DNA from: Narcine bancroftii
Lineage: Eukaryota
Assembly: GCF_036971445.1 (NCBI RefSeq)
Contig: NC_091478.1
Span: forward strand, 53,320,001 to 53,384,000
DNA: 64,000 nt
Reading direction: 5' to 3'
The position numbers and the translations under genes are program-made. Below are positions 61,880 to 64,000 of the stretch, piece by piece (the first letter of the stretch is position 1; the number at the start of each line of letters is the position of its first letter). The notes beneath the pieces were generated by a model. The model had not been told where the DNA came from. It was given only the letters and a program-made list of their open reading frames with translations, and made no database searches.

Positions 61880-64000
61880 AGTGTGTGTTTCCTTATGTGT
61901 GTGTGCATGTGTGTTTGTGTGTGTGTGAGTGAGTGTGTGTCTGTGTGTGAGTGAGTGTAAATGTGTGTGAGACTTTGAGAATGTGTGAGTGAGTGGCTGT
62001 GAGAATGTGTTTGTGTGAGTGAGTGAGAATGTGAGTGAGACTTTGAGAATGTGTGTGAGTGAGTGAGAATGTGTGAGACTGAGTGTGTGTGAGTGAGAAT
62101 TTGGGTGAGACTGTGAGAATGCGTGTGTGAGTGTATGAATGAGTGAGTGAGACTGTGAGTGTGAGACAGAATGTGTGTGTGTGAGTGACAATCTGTGTGA
62201 GACTGTGAGAATGTGTGTGCGTATGTGTGAGTGAGTGAGAATGTGTGTGTGAGACTTTGAGAATGTGTGAATGAGAGACTGTGAGAATGTATATGTGTGA
62301 GTGAGTGAGAATGTGAGTGTGAGATTTTGAGAATGTGTGTGATTGAGTGAGAATGTGTGTAAGACTGAGTGTGTATGTGTGAGTGAGTGAGAGTGTGTGA
62401 GACTGAGAATGCGTGTGTGAGTTTATGTGTGAGTGAGTGAGAATGAGGTGTGAGTCAGAATGTGTGTGAGTGACAATGTATGTGAGACTGTGAGAATGCA
62501 TGTGAGTGAGAATGTGTGTGAGACTGAGAATGCATGTGTGAGTGTATGTGTGAGTGAGAATGTGAGTGTGAGACTGAGAAAGTGTGTGTGTGTGAGAGAC
62601 TGTGAGAATGAGTGAGTGAGAATGAGTGTGTGTATGTGTGAGTGAGTGTGGATGTGAGTGTGAGACTGAAAAAGTGTGTATGTGTGAGAGACTGAGAATG
62701 TGTGTGAGTGTGAGTGAATGAGAATGTGAGACTGAGAAAGTGTGCAAGTGTGTGTATGTGTGAGTGAGAATGTGAGTGTGAGACTGAGAAAGTGTGTGTG
62801 TGTGAGAGACTGAGAATGGGTGTGAGTGAGTGAGAATGTGTGTGAGTGAGTGAGAATGTGTGTGAGTGTGTGTATGTGTGAGTGAGTGTGAGACTGAGAA
62901 AGTGTGTGTGAGACTGAGAATGTGTGTGAGTGAGAATGTGTGGGTATGTGTGAGTGAGTGAGAATGTGAGTGTGAGACTGAGAATGTGTGTGAGTGAGAA
63001 TGTGTGAGTATGTGTGAGTGAGAATGTGAGTGAGACTGAGAATGTGTGTGAGACTGTGTGAGAATGTGTGTGTATATGTGAGTGAGTGAGAATGTGAGAC
63101 TTTGAGAGTGTGTGTGAGTGAGTGAGAATGTGTGTGAGACTGAGAATGTGTGTGAGTGTGTGTATGTGTGAGTGAGTGACAATGAGTGTGAGATTTTGAC
63201 AATATGTGTGTGTGGGTGCATGAGAGTGTGTGTACATAAATGTGTGTGTGAGTGAGTGAGAATGTGTGTAAGACTGAGTGTGTGTGTATGTGAGTGCGTG
63301 AGAATGTGTGTGAGACTGAGAATGCGTATGTGAGTGTATGTGTGAGTGAGTGAGAATGAGTGTGAGTCAGAATGTGTGTGTGTGAGTGACAATGTGTGTG
63401 AGACTGTGAGAATGCATGTGTGTGTATGTGTGAGTGAGTGAGAATGTGTGTGAGACTGTGTGAATGTGTGTGTGAGTGTATATGTGAGTGAGTGAGAATA
63501 TGAGTGTGAGACTGAGAAAGTGTGTGTGTGAGAGAGATTGTGAGAATGTGTGTGAGTGAGTGAGAATGTGTGTGTGAGACTTTGACAATGTGTGTGTGTG
63601 GGTGCATGAGAGTGTGTGTGTGCATAAATGTGTGTGTGTGAGTGAGTGAGAATGTGTGTAAGAATGTGTGTGTGAGAGTATGGATGTGTTGTGGGTATGT
63701 ATGCATGAATGTGTGTATGCGTGTGACAGTGAGATTGTGAGAATATGTATGTGCAAGAGTGTGTGTGTGTGTGAGAGAATGTGAGCATGAATGTGTGTGT
63801 AAGTTTGTGTGCATGAACGTGTGTGTGTGAGTGCATATGTGAGTGTGTGTGAGAATGTGTAAGTGAGTGTGTGAGTGTGTATGTAAGTGTGTGTGAGTGT
63901 GTGAGAGAGTGTGTGAGTGTGTGTGTGAGTGAGTGTGTGTATGTGAGAGAGTGTGTGTGACTGTGTGTATATGAGTGTGTGAGTGTGATTGTGAGTGTGT
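61880..64000. repeat. compound TG/GA low-complexity tract (tgtgag, gagaat, gagact motifs)
   Basis: More than 2.1 kb of (TG)n interleaved with gagt/gagaat/gagact; runs off the window end. Confidence 0.97.

Noticed and set aside
61893-63836. 647-aa His/Thr/Ser-rich ORF and overlapping ORFs
   Set aside because: Translation of a CA-rich microsatellite that has few stop codons; open in several frames and without domain structure.

Overview
This is repeat-rich vertebrate genomic DNA, probably from a cartilaginous fish; that guess rests on CR1, RTE, Rex1, L1, Penelope-like and tRNA-SINE repeats of shark/ray type. The only host gene I can support is HYDIN (axonemal central-pair protein). Six internal coding exons lie on the minus strand at 61524-61326, 60811-60712, 59155-59056, 31081-30913, 23276-23041 and 19827-19737. 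All have GT-AG sites and compatible phases, giving 895 nt over about 42 kb. The rest is intronic. It holds two large satellite arrays (64/53/52-bp unit at 1-6440; 35-bp unit at about 41230-58680), a near full-length RTE LINE with a 12-bp TSD and a GC-rich tandem-repeat 5' region, and truncated RTE, CR1, L1 and Rex1 copies. There are also solo LTRs, MITEs, SINEs and a TG/GA low-complexity tract. Most ORFs in the track are repeat artefacts. I found no new protein-coding system. The best leads are a satellite that appears to come from a Rex1 3' UTR, a twin-priming-type inverted RTE with a templated inverted duplication, an in-frame Pro/Ser-repeat extension of an RTE ORF, and a satellite with a splice acceptor|donor motif in most units, antisense to HYDIN. 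All assignments are by eye; no database search was run.
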